Assembly (NCBI GenBank): GCA_963739835.1
Contig: CAVUBW010000016.1
Coordinates: 30,285 to 94,284 of the forward strand
Source of the DNA: an uncultured Acidimicrobiales bacterium
Lineage (GTDB): Bacteria > Actinomycetota > Acidimicrobiia > Acidimicrobiales > VFJN01
Direction: 5' to 3'
DNA: 64,000 nucleotides
Positions within the stretch are counted from its first letter, which is position 1. The number at the start of each line of letters is the position of its first letter. A program made the position numbers and the translations under genes. Of the stretch, positions 42,559-60,781 are shown one piece after another. The notes under the pieces were generated by a model. That model did no database searches, was not told the origin of the DNA, and saw only the letters and a program-made list of their open reading frames with translations.

Positions 42559-43314
42559 GTGTCCGTGCGGTGGTTGGCGCGGGGTGTGCACGACGTGCCC
42601 GAGTCCGCCGACTGGTTGTCGCCCGCCGAGTCGGCGCGGCTGTCCGTGCTCCGGTTCGCCAAGCGGCGCAGCGAGATGCGTCTGGCCCGCTGGACCGCCA
42701 AGGAGGCCATCGCCCGCGCGCTCGACCTGGACACCGACGCCGGCACCTTCGCCCGGATCGAGATCCGCCCCGCCTCGACGGGTGCACCGACGGCCTTCCT
42801 GGGCGACGAGCGGGCACCGGTCGCCGTCTCGCTGAGCGATCGGGCGGATTGGGCGGTGTGCGTGGTGGCGCCGGCGGACCTCGGCGTCGGGTGCGACCTC
42901 GAGATCGTCGAGCCCCGCACCGACAGGTTCGTGCGCGACTGGTTCACGCCCGCCGAGCGGGACCTGGTCTTCGGGGCCGACCCGGGGGAGGCGCGCCACC
43001 TGCTCGCCAACCTGGTGTGGTCGGCCAAGGAGAGCGCGCTCAAGGTGCTCCAGACGGGCCTGCGGCGCGACACCCGCTCGGTCGAGGTCGACGTGGTCGA
43101 CCCCGAGGGCGACCGGCGCTGGGCCAGGCTCGTCGTGCGCACCGAGGAGGGCGCCGCGTTCCCCGCCTGGTGGCGGCGCTACGGGGACTTCGTGCTCACC
43201 TTCGCCGCCGACTTCGCCGAAGATCTCGACCGCGGTCCGCCCCGCACCTTGGAGGAGCCGCCGCGCCTCGCCGGAGCCACGCCGTCACATTCGTGGTTGT
43301 CCGACCCGACCTGA
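42559..43314 (+). CDS. 4'-phosphopantetheinyl transferase (Sfp-type)
   Basis: RWTAKEA, SLSDR, GCDLEIVEPR, WSAKESALK; GGAGG RBS. Confidence 0.88.
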   Translation: MSVRWLARGVHDVPESADWLSPAESARLSVLRFAKRRSEMRLARWTAKEAIARALDLDTDAGTFARIEIRPASTGAPTAFLGDERAPVAVSLSDRADWAVCVVAPADLGVGCDLEIVEPRTDRFVRDWFTPAERDLVFGADPGEARHLLANLVWSAKESALKVLQTGLRRDTRSVEVDVVDPEGDRRWARLVVRTEEGAAFPAWWRRYGDFVLTFAADFAEDLDRGPPRTLEEPPRLAGATPSHSWLSDPT

Positions 43315-44715
43315 GCCGGGGCCGGCTCGGCCGGGCTGCCGCCGGCCAACCGCAGGAGCACCCCGACGGCGGCTTCGATGCCGCCGGCGAGGACGCCGAT
43401 GTCGGGGGCCGTGTCGTAGTCGCCGGTGATCCCGAAGCGGACCTCGCCGTTGTAGGACAGGATGGCCACGCCGATGCGCACGCCGCCTCCGATCGGGACG
43501 AATGGGATGTACTCGAGCATCTCCAGACCCGCGATGTAGAGCGGGAACTGCGGCCCGGGGACGTTCGTGGTCACGGTGTTCATCGTGCGCTGGGACACCC
43601 GGGACGCCAGCCGGGACGCCAGGCGCGTGGCCTGGGCGGTGACGGTCGGCGGCACGATGCCGACGAGGGTGGTGAGCGCGACGCCGGCCTCGGTCTCGTG
43701 CGACTGCTTGAGGCGATCCATCTCCTCGTGGACCGCAGCCATGCGCTGCGAGCGGATCGTCGAGGTGCACGGGCAGGTCGAGGAAGATCGCCGAGCACGC
43801 GGTTGTCGAAGACGCCGTGGCCGGTCTCGTCGCGCACGGACACGGGGACGAGCGTGCGCAGCGCCACGTGGGCCGGGTCCTCGCCCCGGGCCAGGATGAG
43901 GTCGCGGAAGCCGCTGGTGATGGCGGCCAGCACGACGTCGTTGACCGTCCCGCCGAGCGTGTGGCGGATCGTACGGATGTCGGCGAGGGTCGTGCCGGCG
44001 TAGGTCCACCGCCGGTGGCGCCCGATCGTCCCGTCCAGGGAGGTGGGTGGCGTCGCCCGCAACGCCGAGCCATAGCCGAGCAGCCCCGTGCCGATGGTGG
44101 CGCCCCGTCCCAGCGCCCAGCGGGGCGCGCGCATCGCCGTCCACGCCGCCCGCACGGCCTGGCGGGGGCTGGTGACGAGGCTGCGGGCACCGTCGAGCGC
44201 CAGTTGCAGGCCCGACGGCTCGGCGGCCGGCTCCCAGTCGTCCGCGACGGCGGGCGCCGCGGTGCGCTCGTGATCGAGCACGACCGAGATGAGGTCCACG
44301 CCCGCGATGCCGTCGATCATGCTGTGGTGGATCTTGCTGACGAGCGCCCACCGCCCGCCGGCGAGGCCCTCGACCATCCATGCCTCCCACAGAGGGCGGG
44401 CCCGGTCGAGCGGCTGGGACATCAGCCGGCCCATGAGCCGGCAGAGGTCCGCCTGGTCGCCGGGGGGCGGCAATGCCGTGTGCCGCACGTGGTACTCGAC
44501 GTCGAAGTGCGGGTCGTCGGCCCACACCGGGCGACCGATGTCCAGCGGCACGAACCGGACGCGCTGCCGGTAGCGTGGGACGAGCGGCAGCTTCGACGCG
44601 AACAGTGCGATCACCGAGTCGTAGGCGGGTGCCGGTCCCTCGAACACCGAGCACGACGCGACGTGCATGTGCGTGGTCCCGTTCTCCAGGTAGAGGAACT
44701 CTGCGTCGAGCGGGT

Positions 44716-44728
<13 letters not shown>
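43179..44728 (-). CDS. Wax ester synthase/diacylglycerol acyltransferase (frameshifts near 43750-43800)
   Basis: MDRLNPLDAEFLYLE, MHV, LDRARPLWE, HHSMIDG, TVNDV, TNVPGP, ILSYNG. Confidence 0.92.
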
Positions 44729-50317
<5,589 letters not shown>

Positions 50318-50366
50318 ACCTCCGCCTCCGGGGGGTTGTTCTGGCGAGCGCCTGGCGACGCCGGGT

Positions 50367-53300
50367 TCAGGCCATGGCCTCGGCCAGCGGGATCTGCCGC
50401 TCGGGGTCGACGGCCCCGGGCAGCGCGACGGTCCGGTAGCCCTGCACCTCGACCAGGACGGCGCCGCCCTCGTCGACGACCCGGCCGCCGAACCCGCCGT
50501 CGAGCGCCTCCACGAGCGCTTCCACACGACCGTGCGGCGAGTCCAGCGCCGGGTGGAACACGATGCGGTCGACGTGCTGCGGCAGGCCGAACCGCCCCTC
50601 GCGACCGATCTCCCAGATCCCCGCCGTCTGGAAGAACAGCTCGATCAGGCGCGGCGACGCGAGCTCCGGCCGGTCGGCCGGCACGTGGTCGCTGGGCAGG
50701 CCCGTCGCGTACAGGCCCACGGGGCCCTGGTCGCCGCGCCACGCCCGCTCGAGCACGCGGAAGGCTGGACCGTGGAAGTAGACGCCGTAGATGGCGTCGG
50801 CGGTCGTGCCCTTGCCGTCCGGCGACGGGGGCGGAGGCGCGGGGGCCTCGGCCCCGAGCGGCGCCCGCGCCAGGCGCACCCGGCCCGTGAAGTGGACGGT
50901 CACCTGCGGATCCGGTTGGTTGGCCAGTTGCCGGCGCCCGACCAGCCGGCAGTCGGCGACCATCTGGTCGTCCTCCCGCCGGAAGGTGGCGGTGATCTCC
51001 AGCGTGCGCGGCTCGTGCCGGTAGAACTTGCAGGGCGCCAGGAACTCCACGTCCTCGACACCGACGACACGCCATCCGGGCAGCGGCAGCGCCGCCACCT
51101 CGGCGAACGCCTCGATCCCCATGACGCCGGGCAGCACCGGCGTGCCCTCGATCTCGTGGTCGCCGAGGAAGGGCTGCTCCGCCGGGTCGAGCGTGGTCTC
51201 GACGACCAGCCCGCCGTGGACGCCCATCGCGGTGACCCGGCCGACCATCGGTCCGGTCGGCCCGGTTGCGAAGCGGGCCGGATCGATGCCGCCGCCCTCG
51301 GCCCGTTCCTCGGCCATCATGCCGAGCCGTCCGGCGACGACGACCTCGCCGCGGGTGGCCCCGGCGGTCAGCTCCCGCCGGATCGTCGGGATGCCCACCT
51401 CCGGCGGCAGCATCTCGATCCCCGCCAGCTCCATCACCTTGGGGATGGAGCCGCGGGCGGCCATGCCGATGCCGGCCCACGCCGTCCAGTCGACGACGAT
51501 GGCCCGCGTGTCGGGCCGGGTCGTGCGCATCGCCGACGCCAGCTTGCACAGCAGGTCGTTCGCGGCGCTGTAGTCGGTCTGGCCGACGTTGCCGAACCGG
51601 CCGGCGACGGAGCTGAAGGCGACGGTGGCGCCGAGCGGCAGGTAACCGATCGCCGACATCAGGTTGAACCAGCCGTCGCTCTTGACCCCGAACACGAGGT
51701 CGTACTCGCGCGGCTCCTTGTCGGGCAGGGCGTGGCTGATGTCGAGACCGGCCGCGTGCAGCAGCACGTCGATCCGGCCGTGGCGGGCGGCCACGTCGCC
51801 GACCACGCGGGCGACCGCGTCGCCGTCGGTCAGGTCGACGCTGTGGTAGTGGGCCTCACCGCCGGCCGCCCGCACGGCGTCGATCGCCGACCGTGCGGCC
51901 GCGAGCCGTTCGAGCCGCGCCAGCTCCCGTTCGACCATCACGGGCGTCGGTCGCTCGCCCGCGGTGCGCAGCCGGGCGATCAGGTCGGTCTTGAGCCCCT
52001 CCCTGTCGCTGGCGAAGCGCCGGATGTCCGGATCGTCGGCGTCGGGCTCCGGAACCAGGTCGAGCAGGTGGAAGGTGCCACCGGAGGCGCCCGCCAGGTC
52101 CTGCGGTGATGGCCGAGACGATGCTGCCGGCGGCCCCGGTCACGACGAACACCGTGTCGGGGCCGAGGACCATGCCCTCGCCCGGCCCGGTGGTGGCGGG
52201 TCGCTCGTCGAGCGTGACCGTCCACCGCAGCCCGTCCGCGTGGCCGACCTCGACGGCCCCCGGGTCGCCGAGCGCCTCCGCCACGAGCAGGTCGGCGACG
52301 TCGTCGGGCCGGTCGGCCGGCCCCACGTCGACCGCCTTCACCAGCGGTTCGGGCCGCTCACGGGCGAAGGCCTTGGCGAACCCGGTCACCGCGCCCCCGA
52401 GCGGGGCGTGGGCGCCGGCGTCGTCGTAGCCGTGGCGGCCCCCGAGGCGGGTCGCGGTCAGGAGGAAGGTGCCCGGCCGCGAGATCTGCTCGTACAGCCG
52501 CCGCATGGTGGCGTACAGCAGCTTGACCCGCACCCGGTTCGCCTCCCGCCAGGCGGCGAGGTCCATGCGGCCGAGGTCACCCTCGTGCGTCGAGGGCGGC
52601 GAGCCAGTAGACCCCGTGGATCGGACCGGCGGCCAGCCAGCCGTCGATGCGGGCGACCAGTGCCGCCGCGTCGGGCTCGTCGTCGACCGCGAGCACCTCG
52701 ACGCCGCGTGCGGTCAGCCTCTCGGCCAGTGCTGCGCCGACGCCGCCGCGGTCGCACCCGACGACGACCCGCGTCCCCGCAGCGAGGTCGACGCCGGTCG
52801 GCGCACAGCGGTCGAGCGGCGGGCGGATGGTGGCAACCGGCACCCGCCGCGGCATCCGATCGGCGGCCGAGACGTCCGGGACCGCGACGGGAGGCACGGT
52901 CGGGGAGGCGACGGCGGCGATCGGGCGGCGGGTGCCGGGGCGAGGTCCGGATCGGGGATGCGGTCGCGGACGAAGGCGATGACGTGGGCGAGGGTGGGGT
53001 AGTCGCGCAGCTTGAGCTTGTCGTCGCGTTCGATGCCGAAGCGTTCGCGGATCTGGGCGAACACCTCGGCTTGTTTGACGGTGTCGATGCCGAGGTCGGC
53101 TTCGAGGTCGAGGTCGAGGTCGAGCAGGTCGGCGGGGTAGCCGGTCTTGTCGGCCACCACCGCGACCACCTCGGCCTCCACGTCGGGCGGCCTCGATGTC
53201 GGGGGCCGTCTCGGCGGGGGCTGCCGGCCCCGGCTCCGGCGCCGCCGGGGAGGTGGTGGACGCCGGAGCCGGAGCGCGGTCGCGGACGAAGGCGATGACG

Positions 53301-56300
53301 TGGGCGAGGGTGGGGTAGTCGCGCAGCTTGAGCTTGTCGTCGCGTTCGATGCCGAAGCGTTCGCGGATCGGGGCGAAGACCTCGGCTTGTTTGACGGTGT
53401 CGATGCCGAGGTCGGCTTCGAGGTCGAGGTCGAGGTCGAGCAGGTCGGCGGGGTAGCCGGTCTTGTCGGCCACCACCGCGACCACCTCGGCCTCCACGTC
53501 GGGCGCCTCGAGTCGGGGGCCGTCTCGGCGGGGGCTGCCGGCCCCGGCTCCGGCGCCGCCGGGGCAGGTGGTGGACGCCGGAGCCGGGAGCGCGGTCGCG
53601 GACGAAGGCGATGACGTGGGCGAGGGTGGGGTAGTCGCGCAGCTTGAGCTTGTCGTCGCGTTCGATGCCGAAGCGTTCGCGGATCTGCGGCGAACACCTC
53701 GGCTTGTTTGACGGTGTCGATGCCGAGGTCGGCTTCGAGGTCGAGGTCGAGGTCGAGCAGGTCGGCGGGGTAGCCGGTCTTGTCGGCCACCACCGCGACC
53801 ACCTCGGCCTCCACGTCGGGCGGCCTCGATGTCGGGGGCCGTCTCGGCGGGGGCTGCCGGCCCCGGCTCCGGCGCCGCCGGCGGAGGTGGTGGACGCCGG
53901 AGCCGGGAGCGCGGTCGCGGACGAAGGCGATGACGTGGGCGAGGGTGGGGTAGTCGCGCAGCTTGAGCTTGTCGTCGCGTTCGATGTCGAAGCGTTCGCG
54001 GATCTGGGCGAAGACCTCGGCTTGTTTGACGGTGTCGATGCCGAGGTCGGCTTCGAGGTCGAGGTCGAGGTCGAGCAGGTCGGCGGGGTAGCCGGTCTTG
54101 TCGGCCACCACCGCGACCACCTCGGCCTCCACGTCGGGGGCCTCGATGTCGGCTGCCTCGATGTCGGCTGCCTCGATGTCGGGGGCCTCGCACGTCGGGG
54201 GCCTCCACGTCGGGCGAGGTCGCCGCCGGTATCACCACCGGCTCCGGCTCCGGCTCCGACTCCAACTCGGGCTCGGCCTCCAAGGCGGCCACCTCCGGCG
54301 CGTGCGGCCGGCTGGCCGGCTCCTCGTCGACCACCCGTAGCCGCCGGTGGTCGACCTCGAGGCGGGCGTCGGCCGTGCCGCTGATCGTCGCCAGCCACCG
54401 CTGCCAGGCCGCCGGGTCGACGATGCGGTACGCGAAGCCGAGCTCGCTCGGGCTCGCGGTGCAACCCGTCCGGGACGGGCGTCCAGCGCAGGAGGATCAT
54501 GCTGATCTGCGAGCCGAACCCGGCGGCCAGCCGCAGCGCGTAGCGGACCGGGTAGGCGCCGCCGAGCGAGAGGTTCAGCGATCCGAGGGAGGGGTCGATC
54601 TCCTTGAAGTTCGGCACCGGCGGGACGATCCCGGTCTCCAGCGCCTTGACGGCGACCACGTCCTCGATGCCGACGCCCATCGGGTGGCCGGTGAACCCCT
54701 TGGTGTTGGCGATGACCACCTCGTCGGCCTCGGCGCCGAACACGGCGCGCAGGGCGCTGATCTCGGCCTGGGCGCTGCCCCCCCGGGCCGGCGTGTAGGT
54801 CTCGTGGGACACGAACACCGTCTCGGGCGCCATGGCGCGACGCTCGACCCCGCGGGCCTCCGCCCGGGCGACGAGGCTCTCCATGACCGCCGAGATGTGG
54901 TCGACGTCGAGCTTGGTGCCGTGGAAGGCGCTGTTGGCGGTGACCGAGGCCAGCACCTCGCAGATCGGCTGAACGCCGCGCTCCCGCGCTGCGGCGGCCG
55001 ACTCGACGACGATGCCGGCGGCGCCCATTCCCGAGCAGCATCCCGTGGCGGCGGTTGTCGAACGGGACGGCGGCGTCCTCGACGACCTCGTCGGTGGCGG
55101 CGGCGCCCGTCGCCAGGAAGCCGGCGCCCATCCACTCGAGGAGCGAGTCGGACGTCACGTCGTCGGCGGCGACGATCACGACCCGCCGGCAGCGGCCGGC
55201 GCGGATCCAGTCCTCGGCCAGGCCGATCGCCTGGGTGGTGCTGGCGCAGGCCGAGTTGATCTGCGTGTTCGGCCCCCGCGCGCCGATGATCTCGGCGAAC
55301 TGGGAGTGGCCCATCGACAGGATCCGGAACAGGAAGCGCCGGTCGAACTCGAACGGCTCCGCCTCGATCGCGGCCTCGAGCTCGCCGATGCGCCGGTCGA
55401 TCTCGGCGGCGGCCCCGTCGCCGTCGAGACGGGCGCGGACGGCGAGCAGCGCGTCGAGCTCGCTGGTGGCGGACGCGGTCGGCGACGTAGCGCTCGATGT
55501 CCCGCGGCGAACTCCCCGTAGCCGGGGAAGGCGGAGGCGAAGATCACGCCGGTGTCGTCGCGCAGCGCGTCGGGCAGGCCCCACCGGTCGGGGAGCTGCG
55601 TTCCGAGCGTGGTCGTCTTGTAGCGCATCACCAGCGGGATGCCGGCGTCGCGCAGCGCGTCGAAGCCGGCGCCGATGGCCAGCCGGGTGCAGCCGTCGAG
55701 CGCCCTGTCGCGGTCGGGATCGACCCCGAACTCGTCGACCAGGTCGAGCGCGCCGGCGCGGCCCGCCAGCTTGATGACGTCGTCCGGGCTGTCGATGGCG
55801 TCGAACCGTGCCCCGCCGTCGCTCTTCACCAGGCGGGTGATGTGCTTGTCGACCATGGCCTGCCGCAGCGACGGCGGGATCGTGCCGATGAACTGCTCGC
55901 CCGCCGAGGATGCGGGCCACGTTGGCGTCGTCGAAGACCCGCTCGGTGCCCGGGAGGCCGAGCGCCGCGCCCGTGATCACCACGGGCTCCGGGGGAGCGG
56001 CCTCCGCCGATCGCGGTGCAGCCGCGGGTGCAGGTGCGGAGGCCTCCCACACGGAGCGGCTGCGGTCGAGGAAGTCGGCCAGCATGTGCCCGAGCTCGCG
56101 GTAGCGGTCGTCCGGCATCGTTTCGACCGCGGGGACCGGGACGCCCGGCAAGTCGCCCGCCACCGGAGCGGCGGGGGTCGCCACGGCGGGCGCGCCGAGG
56201 CCGGCGGCGTAGAGCCCGCACAGCGCCTGGTTGAACGAGACAGCGTCCCCCTGCTTGGGGTGGTTGGTGAACAGGGCGACCACGTCGTCGTGCTGCCGCC

Positions 56301-59016
56301 CGAGCACGTCCTCGACGAAGCCGTGGAGCGCCTTCTTCGGCCCGACCTCGACGAACACCCGCGCTCCCTCGGCGTACAGGGTGTGGAGGCCCTTCACGAA
56401 CTGGACCGGCGAGGCCACCTGGCGGGCGAGGATGTCGAGCATCTGCCCCTGCGCGTCCGGGCCCATCGGGTAGAGCTCGCCGTCGACGTTGGCGACGACG
56501 GGAAGCGTCGGCGGGCAGAGGTCGAGCCGGGCCAGCGTCTGCCGCAGCGGCTCGCTGGCGGGGGCGACGATCGAGGTGTGGAAGGCGTGGCTGACCGGCA
56601 GCCGGATGACGGCGTGACCGCCCTCGGTGAAGGCAGCGACGGCCGCCTCGACCGCGGCGGTGGCGCCGCCGATCACCGCCTGGCTGGGGCTGTTGACGTT
56701 GGCGACGACCACGTAGCCGTCGATCGAGGCGACGACCCGCTCGATCTCGTCGAGCGGCGCGAGGACGGCCGCCATCGCGCCGTTGTCCTCCATCGACAGG
56801 TTGGCCATCTCGCTGCCCCGGGCGCTGACCGCCTCGAGGGCGGCCGCGAACGACAGCGCACCGGCGGCGACCAGCGCGCCGTACTCACCGAGGCTGTGGC
56901 CCATCACCATGTCGGGCGCGATGCCGTAGGCGGCGAGCAGGCGAGTGAGCGCGATGTCGGTCGCCAGCACCGCGGGCTGGGTGATCTCGGTCTGGAGGAG
57001 CTGCTGCTCGAGCTGGGCCACCGCGGCGGGATCGCCGTCGTCGATGAAGATGAAATCGGACAGCGGCTTGCCCAGCAGCGGTGCCATCACCCGGTCGGCC
57101 TCGGCGAAGGTGTCCGCGACCACGGGCTCCGTCCCGCGGAGCGTCGCGCAGCATGTTGACGTACTGCGAGCCCTGCCCGGTGTAGAGGAAGGCGACCTTG
57201 CCCGGCCGCCCCCGCCCGAGGAAGACGCCCCGGGCACGCAGGGCGCGCCACACCGCCGCCTCGCCCCGCTCGATCGCCTCGACCGCCCGGCCCGCCTTGT
57301 CGGCCAGCTCGGCGGCGTCGCCGTAGTCGATGGCGACCCGCACCGGCGCGCCGAGGTCGGCGGCCTGGGGCGGGGCCGGCGCGGGAACCTCGCCGCGGCG
57401 GCGCGCTCGGCGATGTCCCGCAGGCGGCGGTCGAGGTCGGCGTCGTCGTCGGCGCCGGTGACCAGCGCCCCGCGGCCCGGGGCCGTGGGGATGGCCGGCC
57501 CTGCTGCCGCGGGAGCGCCGACGCCCGAGGTGGCCGGTACGTCCACGTCGGCGAACGAGACCTGGGCGGTCCCCTCACCGCCGTGACGTCCGGGCATGTA
57601 CTCCTCCAGCACGCCGTGGAAGTTCGTGCCGCCGAAGCCGAAGGCGCTCACGCCCGCGCGGCGGATCCCGCCGGGCGGCGCGTCCCAGGGCCGCAGCTCG
57701 GTGTTGACGGCGAACGGCGAGTGGGCGAAGTCGATGTTCGGGTTCGGCCGCTCGACGTGGATGCTGGCGGGCAGGACCTTGTGGTGGAGGGCCATCGTCG
57801 CCTTGAACAGCCCGGCCGTGCCGGCCGCGCCCTTCAGGTGGCCGATGTTCGACTTCACCGAGCCGAGCGGGATCGAGCCGACGGGCACACCGTCGGCCCC
57901 GAACACGTCGGTCAGGGCCTCGACCTCGACCACGTCGCCCACGGCGGTCGACGTGCCGTGCCCCTCGACCAGCGAGCACGTCGACGGGGCCACGCCCGCC
58001 AGCTTCCAGGCCCGCTCGACCGCGAGCCGCTGGCCGACGGGATTGGGGGCGGTGATGCCCTTGCCCCGGCCGTCGCTCGACCCGGCCATGCCGAGGAGCA
58101 CCGCGTAGATGCGGTCGCCGTCGCGCTCGGCGTCGGCCAGCCGCTTGAGCAGGAACAAGGTCCCGCCCTCGCCCATGACGAAGCCGTCGGCGCCGTCGGC
58201 GTAGGGGCGGGTACCGGTGGCCGACAGCGCGCCGATCTTGCAGAACTTCACGAAGGTGGCGGCGCCCATGTTGCGGTCGATGCCGCCGGTGAGGACCGCG
58301 TCGTACTCGTGGTTGACCAGCCCCTCGACCGATGCCGCCATCGCCGCGAGCCCGGAGGCGCAGGCGGCGTCGGTGACGTAGTTCGGCCCGCGGAGGTCGA
58401 ACAGGTTGGCGACCCGGCCGGCGATGACGTTGGCCAGCTCGCCCGGCATGGTGTCCTCGGTGATGGCCGGCAGGGAGGCCCGCATGCCGTCGGGCGGTCT
58501 CGTCGAGGATCGTCTCCCGTTGCTCCTTGGGCAGGGCGGCGAACGTCGTCGAGCGCTCGAGCTCCTGGACGAACTCGGGGAAGTTGACCCGCAGCGCGGT
58601 CAGGTAGTGCCGCTCGCCCGCCATGGCGTTGCCGATCACGACCGCGGTGCGCTCGGTGTCGAGCGGGCGTTCGGGCCAGCCGTAGTCGATCAGGGCGGCC
58701 CGGGCCAGGTGACCGCCCACTTCTGGGCGTCGTCCATGGCGTCGCTCACCCGGGGCGGGATCGGGGAGCTTCCAGCCGAGCGGATCCCACTCGAAGGCGC
58801 GGACCCAGCCGCCGATCTTCGAGTAGGTCTTGTCGGTCGCGCTGCGGGTCGGGGTCGTAGTAGAGCGCCGGGTCCCAGCGGTCCGGCGTCGACATCGCTG
58901 ATCGAGTAGCGGCCGTCCTGGATGTTCTGCCAGAAGGCCGCCGCGTCGGGGGCGTCGGGCATGATGGCGGCGACCCCGACGATCGCCACGGCCCGGTCGG
59001 CGGCTGCGTCCTTCAT
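50367..59016 (-). CDS. Iterative type I PKS/FAS, KS-AT-KS-(ACP)4-KR-DH (many frameshifts)
   Basis: KS1 DAACAS/HGTST/IGHLK; AT GHSLG and HAFH; KS2 NSACAS/SHETYT/TGHPMG; [13 protein letters not shown] x4; KR TGAAGSI and DYSAAN; [14 protein letters not shown]. Confidence 0.85.
52961..54135 (-). repeat. Four near-identical tandem ACP-coding repeats of about 317 bp
   Basis: Units start at about 52961, 53277, 53593 and 53912. Confidence 0.92.
54125..54214 (-). repeat. 15-bp tandem repeat x6 in the PKS linker
   Basis: GCCTCSAYGTCGGSK units encoding (A/P)D(I/V)EA. Confidence 0.8.
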
Positions 59017-60681
59017 GACCGTCCTCCTGAACGCCCGTAGACGGCGTCGGCGACGGCGTCCATGTCCTCGATGGCGCCGCCTCGGCGGCGATGACGTCGT
59101 GGATGCGCAGCGCGGTCTCCAGCGTCGGGCACGGGGTCGTCGCCGCCCGCCCCCCGCACGAGCCGCAGGCCGCCCCACGCCACCCGGTCGGCGGCCTCAC
59201 GGGCGAACACGCGGGCGAGGGCGGCCAGCCCGGCGGCGTCGAACCGGGCGTCGGCCTTCGGGCCCAGCGTGCCGTCGCCGGCCGCGGCCGCCCGGCGGAC
59301 CAGCGCCTCGGCGCACTCGGCGTAGGCGATCAGCTCGCCCAGCCGGAGCAGCACGTGCTGGTGCCGGGTCAGGCGCCCGGTGCGGCACCGCTCGAGCACC
59401 TCCGCCAGGGCGTGCAGCGCCAGCGCGGCGGTCCGGGCCCCGATGCCGGGGTGGGAGGCGTCGAGCGCCTCGAGCGCGTCGGCCCGGTCGTGGTAGTAGC
59501 GGCCCCGGGTCTTCAGGTGCTCCTGCCAGCGGTCGCGGGCGATCGTCATCTCCATGATCTCGGAGGTGCCCTCGTAGATCGTGGTGATCCGGACGTCGCG
59601 CTTGATCTTCTCGACCAGGTACTCCCGCGTGTAGCCGTAGCCGCCGTGGGCCTGGATGGCGGCCTCCGCGGCCGCGTTGCCGGCCTCGGTGGCCAGGTAC
59701 TTGGCGATCGCGCCCTCGGTGTTGAGGCTGCCCTCGCCGGCGTCGATCCGCTCGGCGGTCTCCTCGATGTAGGCGCGGGCGGCCTCCAGCCGGGCGGCGT
59801 GGGGGACGATCAGCTTGTGCGTGTAGCCCTGCTTCTCCGACAGCGGCCCGCCGGCCTGGATGCGCTCGGTCGAGTAGGCGATCACCCGGTCGAGCGCCGA
59901 CCACCCGGCGCCCAGCCCGAACGCGGCGACCATCAGGCGCGTGTAGCCGAACACCTGCTGGGCCTGGAGCAGGCCCTGGCCCTCGACGCCTCCGACCAGC
60001 GCGTCGAGCTCGACCGGCACGTCGTCGAGGTAGAGCGCGGCGGTGTTGCTGAGCCGGATGCCGTGCTTGTCCTCGGGCTTGGCCTGCGTGAAGCCCTCGG
60101 CGCCGCGCTCGACGACGAACCAGCTCGGCCCGCCCGGGGCAGTTCGCCAGGATCGTGTAGGCGTCGGCGATCCCGCCGTTGCTGATCCACTGCTTGCGCC
60201 CGTTGAGGCGGTAGCCGACCACGCGCCCGTCCTGCTCGACGGGCGCGGCGGTCGTCTTGCAGCGCGCCGAGGTCGCTGCCCGCCTCGGGCTCGGTCGCGC
60301 CGTAGGCGAACAGGAGGCCCTCGTCGGCGATCCGGGTGAGCCACAGCTTCTTCTGGTCGTCGGTCGCGCCCACCGAGATCGGGTCGCTGCCGAGGAACGG
60401 TGGCGAGCACGCTCGTCGCCACCCCGAGGTCGATGGACGCCATCTTCTCGCAGACCCGGTACACGTCGAGGCAGCCGCCGCCCATGCCGCCGTACTCCTC
60501 GGGAACGAACAGGAGGTGGATGCCCAGGTCGTCGCCGCACATCTTGCGGACCAGGTCGACGGGGCATTCGTCGTCGCGATCGAGCTGCAGCACGCAGCTC
60601 GGCGGGCAGGTGGCGGTCGGCGAACTCCTGGATCGCCTCCAGGGTCATCTCCAGGACGTCGGCGTCGAGACCCTTCATCAC
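59013..60681 (-). CDS. Acyl-CoA dehydrogenase family protein with C-terminal extension (frameshifted)
   Basis: [48 protein letters not shown]; ATGA overlap with the PKS start. Confidence 0.9.
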
Positions 60682-60749
60682 GGCCCCTTCCCAGGGGTTG
60701 TGGGCACAGCTTTTCTGTCACCGTACGTGTCGTCACGCCCACGGCGAAT

Positions 60750-60763
60750 GGGCCAAAGGTCCC
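60750..60763. promoter_or_regulatory. DosR-like box
   Basis: GGGCC-AAAG-GTCCC about 70 bp upstream of the acyl-CoA dehydrogenase. Confidence 0.55.
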
Positions 60764-60781
60764 TACCCGCGCCGGCGATCG

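Noticed and set aside
52961-54214. Tandem repeats as CRISPR or a mobile element
   Set aside because: They are coding ACP domains and linker
50367-59016. Canonical Pfa PUFA synthase or enediyne PKS
   Set aside because: No pfaB/C/D, FabA-like DH or thioesterase is present, and the second KS and Thr-type ACPs do not fit either class
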